A stretch of 59,070 nt of DNA, filler included, from 9 parts of 9 records of this genome joined end to end with filler, not necessarily neighbours in it; one strand, 5' to 3'. Positions 8,755 through 18,489 are shown, counted from the whole stretch's first letter. The notes: generated from the sequence alone by a model not told the origin. Program-made: numbers and translations.

Positions 8755-10713
8755 ATGACAAAGAAAATTCTTGTGGTTGATGACAATAAAATGGTTTTGA
8801 AATTTCTTTCCGGCTTTCTGACAAAGAAGGGGTACGAGGTAAGGACCTGTGAGGACGGATTGTCTGCGTTGGGCCTGTTGACAACCTACCAACCGGATGT
8901 AGCCTTTGTTGACCTGATTCTGCCGAAGATCGGCGGTGAAAAGTTGTGCCAGATCATCAGGTCCATGGAGCACTTGAAAAATTGTTTTTTGGTGATCCTT
9001 TCAGCAGCCGTGGCCGACATGGAATTGAATTATTCGGAGTTGGGCATCAATGCCTGCATCGCTAAAGGGCCGTTCGGGCAAATGGGAACGCATGTGCTGA
9101 ACGCCATTGAGGACTCCGCTGCAACGACGCAGTCTCAGGAACAGGGGAGGATCAGGGGAATTGATTCTGTTGGCGGGGTCCCCGGATATGCCAGACGAAT
9201 GACCAAGGAACTGTTGGATCAAACACGCCACCTGGAAACCATTCTTGGCAGTTTGAACGAGGCCATTGTAGAGGTCTACGCAGGGCAGGTGGTTTACGCC
9301 AATTCTTCAGCTGCAAAACTCTTCTCCGTTCCGTTGGAATCTTTGCTCTCCGTAAAGCCCCTATCGTTGTTTGACGAAGCTGCAAGGAGCCGCATCGAGG
9401 TGTTGTTTGATAATGAACGGGAAAAAATTCCCAAACCGGTGGGCTTAACCCGTCCTCTTGAACTCAACGGACGTCAGATCATTATTCGAAGCATACCCGT
9501 CGAAGGAGAGAGAGACACCGTGATCTTATTGATCAATGATGTCACGGAGCAGCGAAACCTCGAAAGCCAGCTGGCACATACCCGCCGGATGGATGCCATT
9601 GGCAAGATTGCTGGCGGGATCGCACATAACTTCAACAACCTGTTCATGGGAATTCAGGGAAACGTTTCTGTTTTGAACCAAGACCTGGAAGAGGGGGATC
9701 CCGGTTTCGACGAATTGGCGGCCATTGAACGCTGCGTCGAGGATGGGGGCAAATTGACCCGCCGACTGTTAAGCTTTGCCAAAAATGGCCAGTATTCAAT
9801 GGCCCTCGTGGACCTGAACGGTCTTGTGGAGAAATCTGTCGGAATGTTTTTGGAAAAAGAACCAACAATCCAGGTGAACACCAATTTTGATCGTAGGACC
9901 GCCTTGGTGAAAGCGGATTCCATCCAGATCGAGCTGGTTTTAATGGAGCTTTTCGCCAATGCACGACAAGCCATGGCAGAAGGGGATGTATTGACCATCT
10001 CCACAGCGCTGCTTTATCTGGACGAAACATTCGTCGGGCCTCATGATCTTGCCCCGGGTGATTATCTGCAACTCTGTGTTGTCGATACCGGATTGGGGAT
10101 GGATGAATCGACAGCGGAAAGAATTTTCGAACCCTTTTACAGCACTGGCCACATCACTGAAAAAAACGGATTGGGCTTGTCCTCTGTTTTCGGTATCGTA
10201 AAAGAGCATCGGGGATTGATTACTGTAAAGAGCTCTGTGGATCAAGGGACGACATTTTTCATCTATCTGCCCCTTGCAAAATCCGAACAGACACCAGAAC
10301 CGGCGGTTTCTTCAAAACCCGCTTTGAACCTTGATTCCGAAAAAGGAAGCGGGACGATTTTGATGGTGGACGATGAGGAAGTTATCCTCTATGCAGGACA
10401 AATTATGTTGACAGAACTGGGCTATGACGTTCTTTGCTCAGATGATGGAGAGAGCGCAATTCGAGCATTTAAAGAGAATAAGGACCGTATCGATTTGGTG
10501 ATACTCGATCTGATCATGCCAGATGTCCGCGGTGACGTCGTTTATGGGAAGATTAAAGCTTTGCGGGCGGATGTCTGCGTGATTCTCTCTTCGGGGTATG
10601 ACATGGATCCACATATCGCATCAATGCTGGAGGGCACTGACGACCTTTTTATTCAGAAACCGTACACTTTGGTCCAATTGGCAAAACAGGTCAAAGAGAA
10701 GCTGGCACGTTAA
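8755..10713 (+). CDS. Hybrid sensor histidine kinase (REC-PAS-HisKA-HATPase-REC)
   Basis: KILVVDD N-terminal receiver, H-box GIAHNFNN, DTGLGM..IFEPF, GLGLS, C-terminal receiver ILMVDDE/LDLIMP/KP; start placed at MTKK. Confidence 0.88.
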   Translation: MTKKILVVDDNKMVLKFLSGFLTKKGYEVRTCEDGLSALGLLTTYQPDVAFVDLILPKIGGEKLCQIIRSMEHLKNCFLVILSAAVADMELNYSELGINACIAKGPFGQMGTHVLNAIEDSAATTQSQEQGRIRGIDSVGGVPGYARRMTKELLDQTRHLETILGSLNEAIVEVYAGQVVYANSSAAKLFSVPLESLLSVKPLSLFDEAARSRIEVLFDNEREKIPKPVGLTRPLELNGRQIIIRSIPVEGERDTVILLINDVTEQRNLESQLAHTRRMDAIGKIAGGIAHNFNNLFMGIQGNVSVLNQDLEEGDPGFDELAAIERCVEDGGKLTRRLLSFAKNGQYSMALVDLNGLVEKSVGMFLEKEPTIQVNTNFDRRTALVKADSIQIELVLMELFANARQAMAEGDVLTISTALLYLDETFVGPHDLAPGDYLQLCVVDTGLGMDESTAERIFEPFYSTGHITEKNGLGLSSVFGIVKEHRGLITVKSSVDQGTTFFIYLPLAKSEQTPEPAVSSKPALNLDSEKGSGTILMVDDEEVILYAGQIMLTELGYDVLCSDDGESAIRAFKENKDRIDLVILDLIMPDVRGDVVYGKIKALRADVCVILSSGYDMDPHIASMLEGTDDLFIQKPYTLVQLAKQVKEKLAR

Positions 10714-10762
10714 CAGGGCCTCCATGATTGTTTTTCTGGCGTTACCGCACCAAGAGTGTCAA

Positions 10763-10826
10763 ATGCCCACGGACACATGCCAGATGGGGATACGGTAGTC
10801 ATGATTTGACATGTGTCCGTGGGCAT
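10763..10826. repeat. 17-bp perfect inverted repeat between convergent genes (terminator-like or REP-like)
   Basis: ATGCCCACGGACACATG (10763-10779) and CATGTGTCCGTGGGCAT (10810-10826). Confidence 0.8.
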
Positions 10827-10858
10827 GGACGACATTCCGGTCAGTTTGCACATGAACG

Positions 10859-11935
10859 TCACGGCTCTTCCATAAAAGAGTAGCGCCACTCATGGGGAGG
10901 GACCATTGTCTCCTTGATGGTTCTGACGCTCATCCAGCGCATCACATTCAATCCGATTCCGGCTTTATCGTTTGTTCCCGATGCTCGAGATCCGCCAAAG
11001 GGCTGCTGATTGATCACTGCGGCAGTTGGCTTGTCGTTGATATAAAAGTTGCCGGCGGCATTTTCCAGAACATCGGACATCTGAACCAGCGCCTGCCGAT
11101 CCTGTGCAAAAATGGCACCGGTCAATGCATAGGGCGATGTCTGATCACACAAGGTGAGGGTTTCGTCAAATTTTTCATCCGGGTAGACATAAATGGTCAA
11201 AACCGGTCCGAAGATCTCCTCTTCCATGGTTTTGAAACGAGGATTTGTTGTGACGATGGTCGTCGGCTCGATAAACCATCCGCTGGTGCCATCGCAGGCC
11301 CCGCCCGTGAGGATTTTTGCTTCATCGGAATTTTTTGCGAATTCGATATAGTCACGAATGTTTTCAAACGAACTTTTGTCGATGACCGCCGACATAAAAT
11401 TCGAAAAGTTTTCCGGGTTGCCAACGGTGATGCCGGCCACCTGTTCGGTGTACTGCTTCTCAAAGTCTGGCCAGATGGATTCAGGGATATACATGCGCGA
11501 GGCGGCAGAGCATTTTTGGCCCTGGTACTCAAAAGCCCCGCGAATTGCAGCAACAACCATCGCTTTCACATCCGCACTGCTATGGGAAAAGATAAAATCC
11601 TTCCCGCCCGTTTCACCCACGATACGCGGGTAGGATTTATATCGGGAAATATGATCCCCTATCGTTTTCCACATCTGTTGGAATACACCGGTCGAACCGG
11701 TAAAATGGATGCCGGCAAGGTGAGGGCTTTCCAGGACTGCTGGTCCAACAACGGAACCCGGACCCGGAACAAAGTTGATGACGCCAGGAGGCACTCCTGC
11801 CTCTTCCAGCAGTTTCATTGCATAATAGTTGGAATAGACAGCACTCGATGCGGGTTTCCAGACGGAGACACCGCCCACTATGGCCGGAGCGCTGGGAAGG
11901 TTGGCACCGATGGCGGTAAAATTAAACGGAGAAAC
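10859..11935 (-). CDS. pruA: L-glutamate gamma-semialdehyde (P5C) dehydrogenase, 5' truncated
   Basis: SPFNFTAI, FTGST, GETGGKDF, AFEYQGQKCSA, EEIFGP, QPFGGSRASGTNDKAG. Confidence 0.92.
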   Translation of the reverse strand, partial: VSPFNFTAIGANLPSAPAIVGGVSVWKPASSAVYSNYYAMKLLEEAGVPPGVINFVPGPGSVVGPAVLESPHLAGIHFTGSTGVFQQMWKTIGDHISRYKSYPRIVGETGGKDFIFSHSSADVKAMVVAAIRGAFEYQGQKCSAASRMYIPESIWPDFEKQYTEQVAGITVGNPENFSNFMSAVIDKSSFENIRDYIEFAKNSDEAKILTGGACDGTSGWFIEPTTIVTTNPRFKTMEEEIFGPVLTIYVYPDEKFDETLTLCDQTSPYALTGAIFAQDRQALVQMSDVLENAAGNFYINDKPTAAVINQQPFGGSRASGTNDKAGIGLNVMRWMSVRTIKETMVPPHEWRYSFMEEP

Positions 11936-12035
11936 NNNNNNNNNNNNNNNNNNNNNNNNNNNNNNNNNNNNNNNNNNNNTTAATTAATTAANNNNNNNNN
12001 NNNNNNNNNNNNNNNNNNNNNNNNNNNNNNNNNNN
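11936..12035. other. Artificial contig spacer
   Basis: N44-TTAATTAATTAA-N44. Confidence 0.99.
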
Positions 12036-12065
12036 CGCCCCAGTTGGCCACTTTGGTATCTCCCC
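12036..12065 (-). tRNA. 5' fragment of a tRNA, probably tRNA-Tyr (anticodon lost at contig end)
   Basis: Minus strand reads GGGGAGA-TA-CCAAAGTGGCCAACTGG-G-GCG, i.e. acceptor 5' strand plus D-arm typical of Bacteroidota tRNA-Tyr; lies downstream of hpf where the tRNA/tuf cluster normally sits. Confidence 0.75.
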
Positions 12066-12173
12066 CAATAACCTTTACTTTAAAAGGCTACTTTATTTCA
12101 CTTAATAGGCTGATCACTTTTCAACAACCAGCCTACTATATAGCTTATTTTCTTACATTCTTAAAACGGTGTG

Positions 12174-12206
12174 CAAATGTATAATATATTTTTAAAAGCA
12201 CACAAA
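12174..12206 (-). promoter_or_regulatory. Bacteroidota housekeeping promoter for the tRNA cluster
   Basis: Minus strand TTTG (12206-12203), 21 nt, TACATTTG (12181-12174), matching the -33/-7 TTTG/TAnnTTTG consensus. Confidence 0.7.
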
Positions 12207-12314
12207 AAATATAATTTTTTTTTGCCTTTCCACAAATAAATATTCACCACACCATTTATAATCACTGAATATCTGCCAGTTACACCTTTCAAATAAAAAG
12301 GCAAAACCTATAGA

Positions 12315-12608
12315 TTATTTCACTTTCTCCTTTTTCTTAATAAGCTGTTTTCGCAGCGCCTCACAACACAAATCCACAGATTCCTCAAAAGTTTTGGTTT
12401 GTTTTTTTGCAAAAAGATCTGCTCCTGGAACTTTCAAGCTAATTTCCGCTACCTTATTCTCTGTACTTTCCGACTTGTCAAGTTTTAAAATAACCTCAGC
12501 ATCAATGATACCTTCGAAAAACACATCCAATTTATTGACTTTTTGCTGAATAAAGCTTTGCAACCTATCAGCAGCATCAAATTTTACTGATTGAATTGTT
12601 ACGTTCAT
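12315..12608 (-). CDS. hpf: Ribosome hibernation factor (HPF/RaiA, short form)
   Basis: 97 aa, IQSVKFDA...ENKVAEISLKVPGADLFAKK..TFEESVD; conserved rpsU-xerC-hpf order of Bacteroidota. Confidence 0.9.
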   Translation of the reverse strand: MNVTIQSVKFDAADRLQSFIQQKVNKLDVFFEGIIDAEVILKLDKSESTENKVAEISLKVPGADLFAKKQTKTFEESVDLCCEALRKQLIKKKEKVK

Positions 12609-12626
12609 ATGAAATCCTCCATTAAT

Positions 12627-13511
12627 TTAAGACCGCGGATGGGCCTGATTATATATATCGGTAATTTGTTCAAAACTATTATGCGTATACACCTCTGTGG
12701 CATTTAAATTAGAATGCCCTAACAACTCTTTTATGGCATTTAAATCAGCCCCTGCATTTAACAGAGAAGTTGCAAATGAGTGCCTCAAAACATGAGGACT
12801 CTTTTTATGCAGAGTTGTAACCAAATTTAAATATTTATTCACCACTCTGTATACAAGCTTGTGATAAATTTTTTCACCTTTTGCAGTTAAAAAAAAAGCA
12901 TTGGCTTTATTAAGTCCAAAAGTCTCATTTCGCACTTCAATATACTTATGTACTCTTTCCAACAAACCCGAGTACATAGGTACAATCCTTTGCTTATTAA
13001 ACTTACCTGTAACTTTAACCAATCCCTCCGAAAGACTAAAACTACTATCTTTTAAATCAACCAATTCTGACAACCTCATTCCAGAACCATAAAACAATTC
13101 CAGAATAAGATGATCTCTTACACCCTCATAACTATCTTCAAAAGGTATATCATCTAACAAATGATTCATCTCTGAATCACAAACAAACAAAGGTAATTTC
13201 TTAGGAGTCTTTGGAGTGACTACTCCTTCTATAGGACTAACTTCAACAATCCCCTCTCTCATTAAAAACTTAAAAAAAGTTTTCAGGGACGTTATCTTCC
13301 TGCTTACACTTTTCGGAGCAAATCCTTCATTCACAAGACCCACTACCCAACTACGTACAAATTTGGTTTTTACGCTACCAATATCTTGTACACCTTCACC
13401 CTTACAAAAGGATAAAAATTGTTCGAGATCGCAGCGGTAAGCCTTAATTGTATAAGTTGAACTGCGCTTCTCGAACTCTAAATATTTTAAAAAAGATTGA
13501 ATTGAAATCAT
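12627..13511 (-). CDS. xerC: Tyrosine recombinase XerC-like
   Basis: Catalytic set GMRLSEL, GK.NKQR, HVLRHSFAT, LLGH, TEVYTH, ending AHPRS. Confidence 0.88.
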   Translation of the reverse strand: MISIQSFLKYLEFEKRSSTYTIKAYRCDLEQFLSFCKGEGVQDIGSVKTKFVRSWVVGLVNEGFAPKSVSRKITSLKTFFKFLMREGIVEVSPIEGVVTPKTPKKLPLFVCDSEMNHLLDDIPFEDSYEGVRDHLILELFYGSGMRLSELVDLKDSSFSLSEGLVKVTGKFNKQRIVPMYSGLLERVHKYIEVRNETFGLNKANAFFLTAKGEKIYHKLVYRVVNKYLNLVTTLHKKSPHVLRHSFATSLLNAGADLNAIKELLGHSNLNATEVYTHNSFEQITDIYNQAHPRS

Positions 13512-13581
13512 TCACGAATCATCTTACTGTCTATACAAACGAATATAGTAAAATTCCAGTAAAATGAGACGAATAATTTAA

Positions 13582-13773
13582 CTAATCCTCGTCTTGTTGC
13601 AACTTCTGTACGTAAATTGCTTTTTTAACTTCCTCTCTTCTCTGAACAGAAGGTTTTGTAAAAGCCTGACGAGAACGTAATTCGCGCATAGCTCCTGTCT
13701 TTTCAAATTTTCTTTTAAACTTTTTTAAAGCTCTCTCAATGTTTTCACCTTCTTTAATAGGAATAACAATCAT
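13582..13773 (-). CDS. rpsU: 30S ribosomal protein bS21
   Basis: IKEGENIERALKKFKRKFEKTG..RELRSRQAFTKPSV. Confidence 0.96.
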   Translation of the reverse strand: MIVIPIKEGENIERALKKFKRKFEKTGAMRELRSRQAFTKPSVQRREEVKKAIYVQKLQQDED

Positions 13774-13965
13774 AATTTTCTCCTTAAATATTTAAAACTG
13801 CTATAAATTTAACAACTAACACTCAAACAATCAAGCCATTCCAAAGGTAAAATTCACAATACCTCAATTATTTGCAGGTGCAAAGAAACGAAAGATAATT
13901 CATTGCCACAAATTATTCTTTTATTTTTTTCAATCTGTTTAATTTTAATAGATTGTAATCTTAAT

Positions 13966-15030
13966 CTAATTCGGTAATGAAATATAATGCCTCAGTTTCT
14001 CCCAATCTTGATTACTAATCGAAACCAATCTTTGCAAATCTCCTGTCGACACATGCAATTTCTTTCTGGCAAGATTAAATAACTCCTTAGCTTGGGTTCT
14101 ATTTAGGTAAGGATGCTTTTCTAATTGCCTAACCGTAACTTTATCGAGCTGCATCTTTCTAACAGCAGAACTATCAACAACCAACACTTCTCTGTTATTC
14201 TCATACACATCTTCAGAAACACCATACACATCCTTTATTTGCTCAATAGTATAAAATCCACCAAGTGAATTTCGGTATTTAACAATCCTTTTAGACAACA
14301 CACTACCTATCCCAATCAATTGTTTAAATTCAGTCGTGTCTGCACTATTAATCTCTATACTCTTTCTCTCATAACGATATGAAGATTGCTTTTTTACACT
14401 ATTCTCCTTCAACCACAAAAACACCTTTTCGTCGGACATTCTTCTTACTACACTACTTGTTAGGTTTTTATTTACGTAACGCATAGCCAGCAATTCAACT
14501 ATTTTTTCCTTATACAAAGAAGATGAAATATAATTGAAATAAAACAAGGTATCTAAACGATTAAAATTTATCCACTCTTCTTTAACCTTATTTTTGGATA
14601 AAGACTGACTTCGAACATCTTTAGGTGGCAGTTTGATATAATTGACATATTTAACAAAGAAAACTGAATCGATACCATATACTCGCAATAAATCATCTTT
14701 TGAATTAAACAGACCAATTTTATTCCTATACCCAATCAATGATTTTGCCTGATAGTTTGAAAATCCTAACAACTTAAGCTCTTCTACAGAAACCGTATTG
14801 GGATTAAATATGAAAAGTGAATCATTAGACTGATCAGCATTTAAGCTTTTCAATTCCTTATTTAACTCTTGAACCCGGACAACAAACTCTTCTTCTGAAA
14901 ATGACCACTTTGAATTAACAGCCCAGAATGGCATTGAAAATCGTAACACAAGGAGTATCAGAATTAGCAATATTAGCATCACTATTCCTCTTCTTTCGCT
15001 ACGGGTGTAATAAAAAAAATCTTTCCACAT
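13966..15030 (-). CDS. Membrane-anchored helix-hairpin-helix (ComEA-like) protein
   Basis: N-terminal SERRG+TM, then FNPNTVS.EEL..LG, INSADTTEFKQLIGIG..LSKRIVKYR..LGGF, and LEKHPYL repeats. Confidence 0.8.
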   Translation of the reverse strand: MWKDFFYYTRSERRGIVMLILLILILLVLRFSMPFWAVNSKWSFSEEEFVVRVQELNKELKSLNADQSNDSLFIFNPNTVSVEELKLLGFSNYQAKSLIGYRNKIGLFNSKDDLLRVYGIDSVFFVKYVNYIKLPPKDVRSQSLSKNKVKEEWINFNRLDTLFYFNYISSSLYKEKIVELLAMRYVNKNLTSSVVRRMSDEKVFLWLKENSVKKQSSYRYERKSIEINSADTTEFKQLIGIGSVLSKRIVKYRNSLGGFYTIEQIKDVYGVSEDVYENNREVLVVDSSAVRKMQLDKVTVRQLEKHPYLNRTQAKELFNLARKKLHVSTGDLQRLVSISNQDWEKLRHYISLPN

Positions 15031-15098
15031 AGTTTTAAGGTTAACCTAAATTTAAGTTAACCATAAAACTGCAAAAAACGCAAATTTATTTTTAGATA

Positions 15099-16472
15099 TT
15101 ATTGGAACCAACTCAATATATAGTCATATATTTTCACCCCTTTTATAAACACCACAAAAATAGCAAATGGGGCTACTACTTTAACCAATATCATAAATAC
15201 AGTTAAAAAGCTTTCCTTAATTCCCCCACCATGAGCTAACTCCTCTCTCACTTTTTTAGCTCCCAGCTTCCATCCTATAAATAATGCAATACACATTCCT
15301 CCAAGAGGTAACAATATATTAGAAGATATATGATCCAACAAATCAAAAACATTATAGCCTAAAAAGTCATATTCAGAATATATACCTAGAGACAATGAAC
15401 ATATAATACCTAACAATAGAATGACTACAGTTGCAAACACCGTAGCAATGTTTCTTTTTATTTTCAATTCTTCTGACAAATAAGCCACAACCACCTCTAG
15501 TATTGAAATGGCAGAAGTTAAAGCTGCAATGGTTAACAACAAAAAGAACATTACAGAAAAGAAACTACCTCCTGGCATTAACTGAAACACCATTGGCAAT
15601 GTCTTAAAAATAAGTCCAGGACCAGCATCCGGAGGAATATTAAATGCAAATACAGCAGGAAAAATGGCCACTCCTGCCAACAAAGCAATCACCGTATCTG
15701 CTACTGTTACCTGTATAGCAGTTTTAATTAAATTATTTTCTTTATTAATGTAGCTCCCATATGTAATTAGAGTCCCCATTCCCAAACTCAATGAGAAAAA
15801 TGCATGCCCTAATGCACTCAAAATGCCTTCAAATGTTAGCTTACTAAAGTCTGGTTTAAATAAAAATGTTAATCCTTCTCCCGCCCCATGAAGCGTTACA
15901 GCCCTTACACACAATACTAATATTATAACTAAAAGAAGTGGCATTAGTATTTTTGAAAACCGCTCAATCCCCTTCTGAACTCCTGCAATGACAATAGCTC
16001 CTGTTATTGCCATAAACAATACCTGATAAAAAAGAGGCTTTAATGGAGATACTTTATACGATTCGAAAAATGCACCTATATTTTCCGGATTGGAATGAAA
16101 AACGTCAGAAAAAGAAAAGAAAATATAACGGATACTCCAACCAGCTACAACGCCATAAAATGATAGAATCAAAAACGCAGCTCCCACTCCAAATATTCCA
16201 ATTTGTTTCCAACCTGTACTCGGGGTCAACTTAACAAATGCACCATACGCATTCTTGCGGGATTTTCGACCAATAATAAATTCTGACAACATTACAGGCA
16301 AGCCTATTAAAGCAATAAAACCTATATAAACAAATAAAAAAGCCGCTCCTCCATAAACTCCAGTTATATATGGAAATTTCCATATATTTCCCAGTCCAAT
16401 TGCAGATCCAGCCGCTGCTGCGATAACACCAAATTTACTGCTAAAACTTCCTCTTTTCTGATTCATAGTCAT
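15099..16472 (-). CDS. Sodium-dependent transporter (NSS/SNF family)
   Basis: GSAIGLGNIWKFPY..G.YGGAAF, FFSLSLGMG, GPGLIF, AALTSAISILE; about 11 TM segments. Confidence 0.92.
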   Translation of the reverse strand: MTMNQKRGSFSSKFGVIAAAAGSAIGLGNIWKFPYITGVYGGAAFLFVYIGFIALIGLPVMLSEFIIGRKSRKNAYGAFVKLTPSTGWKQIGIFGVGAAFLILSFYGVVAGWSIRYIFFSFSDVFHSNPENIGAFFESYKVSPLKPLFYQVLFMAITGAIVIAGVQKGIERFSKILMPLLLVIILVLCVRAVTLHGAGEGLTFLFKPDFSKLTFEGILSALGHAFFSLSLGMGTLITYGSYINKENNLIKTAIQVTVADTVIALLAGVAIFPAVFAFNIPPDAGPGLIFKTLPMVFQLMPGGSFFSVMFFLLLTIAALTSAISILEVVVAYLSEELKIKRNIATVFATVVILLLGIICSLSLGIYSEYDFLGYNVFDLLDHISSNILLPLGGMCIALFIGWKLGAKKVREELAHGGGIKESFLTVFMILVKVVAPFAIFVVFIKGVKIYDYILSWFQ

Positions 16473-16812
16473 GTTTTATTATGAAGCGGCTAAAAAACAA
16501 AAAATCAAAGAAAAAAAAAAGCACTTAGTGTTTTAGAGCACACACTCCTAACAAAATTTCCTATTTTACACGCCACTCCCTTCTAATTAAATACACCAAT
16601 ACTTTTTTTTAAATATTTATACAACTCACCCTTAAATCTAATGTCACGCCACAAAAGATCTGAATACTATAACCTTTATATTGACCTAGTTGAGCTTTTA
16701 GCTTCACTCAAACATTCCCTGCTTAGTTTTGAAAATTTCATTGCCTGAGTAAATAATTATTAAGTTGACGCAATACTTAACAAGAATGACAAACCAGACT
16801 CCGTATGAAAAT

Positions 16813-16844
16813 AAAAAAGCGCTCCACCAAGGTGAAACGCTTTT
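16813..16844 (-). terminator. Intrinsic terminator after the USP gene
   Basis: Minus strand GCGTTTCACC-TT-GGTGGAGCGC (with G-U pairs) followed by TTTTTT. Confidence 0.65.
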
Positions 16845-16884
16845 ATTATTAGCTTCTTAAAACAAAACGGAGTTTCATATTATT

Positions 16885-17700
16885 TCACTCCAGCTCATCA
16901 TGCAAAATTAACATTGGATGCTCTGGATGTAATACCATTTGTTTTGTAGTACTTGGATGAAAAATTCGATCAAAGAAACCAACATTATGTCGAACCAACG
17001 CAACCATTTCTGCATCATTCTCTTCCATAAACTTATTAATTCCTTTACTAACATCATCTCCTTCGATAAAATTAAAACTCATATCAACATTTGGAAAGTG
17101 AGCTGTAATTTTATCTTCGGCATCCAAACGATTTACATATTCGTCATCTAGTACATTAACAAACATAAGAGCTGAGTGGAATTTTTCTGAAATTTCTTTT
17201 ACTGGTTTAACTACTTCATCATTATCTACATCCTTTAAATCTGTTGCAAAAACAATTTTTTCGGGCTTTCTAAATTCAGCACTTTTGGGAACAACCAGAA
17301 TGGGAGCTTGAATATTTTTAATTACTTCATAAGCATTCGAACCTAATAAAAAATTCTCTAATGCAGACTCACCCCTGCAACCCAATACTATTAAATCCGG
17401 ATGATTATCCTTTATAAAATCATGTACAACATCAATAAGAGATCCGAAAGCGGAAAGTACCTCTATTACTGCTTCGGGAAAAATACGCTTAATCAAAGTT
17501 AGTTCTTGCTTTAAGCCTTTTTCACTTTCAAAAGCCATCTCCTCCTTAACCTGCATAACATATGGACTCCCACTAAACTCAAGATCATATGCATTCAATA
17601 AGCTGAAAGTAATATTTTCACCTTGAAACATTTTTAAGGCATAAAGAGCGGCATTTCGGGCAGTATTTGAAAAATCGGTAAGAACAAGGATATTTTTCAT
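16885..17700 (-). CDS. Universal stress protein (tandem USP domains)
   Basis: MKNILVLTDFS..A.NAA.YA, DLIVLG.RG...LGSN, PILVVP, second domain KIVFATD. Confidence 0.9.
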   Translation of the reverse strand: MKNILVLTDFSNTARNAALYALKMFQGENITFSLLNAYDLEFSGSPYVMQVKEEMAFESEKGLKQELTLIKRIFPEAVIEVLSAFGSLIDVVHDFIKDNHPDLIVLGCRGESALENFLLGSNAYEVIKNIQAPILVVPKSAEFRKPEKIVFATDLKDVDNDEVVKPVKEISEKFHSALMFVNVLDDEYVNRLDAEDKITAHFPNVDMSFNFIEGDDVSKGINKFMEENDAEMVALVRHNVGFFDRIFHPSTTKQMVLHPEHPMLILHDELE

Positions 17701-17853
17701 AGCCTGAAATTTATCATTATCACACAACTACACAAGCACAACCGGTTTTTTTAACCGTGGATAGAACATCTGTATTCGACAACATCGAAACAAACCAAAA
17801 TATATACTTTTATACGAAAATCACACGAACTAGTTACAGGTTTTTATACTTTT

Positions 17854-18489
17854 CTACTTATTCTTCAAACTAAGTTTATGCCATCTCCAAACTGTGTGAT
17901 ATGGTATATTTGTAATCTGCGCAACTTGTGCAGGATCGTACTTTTCACATAATCTAAGTATATTATCCTTAATTTCTTTAGGATACCGTACACTTTTAGC
18001 CTTTTGCTTGCAATAACGTTTGCGTATACGTGCAATACTCATTTCAGAAACATCATATTCTTTACATATGACTTTAGCAAGCTCCCCATTATCCAAGCGC
18101 TCTGCTATTTTCAATGCTTCTTCATAAGATATTTTAGAATGCCCACGATATTCTTTTCCAAAAAGACGCTTTCTCTTTAACGCAGCAATATGCTTATCAG
18201 CCCACTCCAGGTTATTTGCATTATTATCAGATGTATTCCCGTTTAGATGCAATACCAATTTATACGAAACGGGTTTCGGATTTTTCACAAATGCCTCTGC
18301 CACTAGACGGTGCACATACAATTGTTTCCCTTCGATGGATACCTGATAATAACCATTTTTGTGGTTTTTAGCTTTTACCAGCGATTGATGAATCTCTTTT
18401 CCCTGATACCTTATTACATTCCCGGATTCACTAACTTCAATTGCTTCTTTTAAACCAACACAATTTACATTTCTAAATTCCTCAGCCAT
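17854..18489 (-). CDS. NUMOD4/HNH homing-endonuclease-like protein with two C-terminal HTH motifs; active site looks degenerate
   Basis: EVSESGNV, NGYYQVSI...VHRLVAEAFV.NP, LHLNGNTSDNNANNLEW; then SKIS.EEA..I...L..G.....I..EYDVS..SI.RIRK and PAQVAQITNIPYHTVWRW. Confidence 0.8.
   Translation of the reverse strand: MAEEFRNVNCVGLKEAIEVSESGNVIRYQGKEIHQSLVKAKNHKNGYYQVSIEGKQLYVHRLVAEAFVKNPKPVSYKLVLHLNGNTSDNNANNLEWADKHIAALKRKRLFGKEYRGHSKISYEEALKIAERLDNGELAKVICKEYDVSEMSIARIRKRYCKQKAKSVRYPKEIKDNILRLCEKYDPAQVAQITNIPYHTVWRWHKLSLKNK

Noticed and set aside
10892-11983. 363-aa ORF antisense to pruA, and similar long antisense ORFs over kbl, dctP, the SDRs, pgk and the ligase
   Set aside because: Shadow ORFs caused by codon bias of well-supported genes on the other strand; no recognisable motifs.
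12627-13511. Tyrosine recombinase next to a tRNA as a prophage or island integrase
   Set aside because: Size, motifs and the rpsU-xerC-hpf context match the housekeeping chromosome-dimer resolvase; no att repeats or cargo seen.
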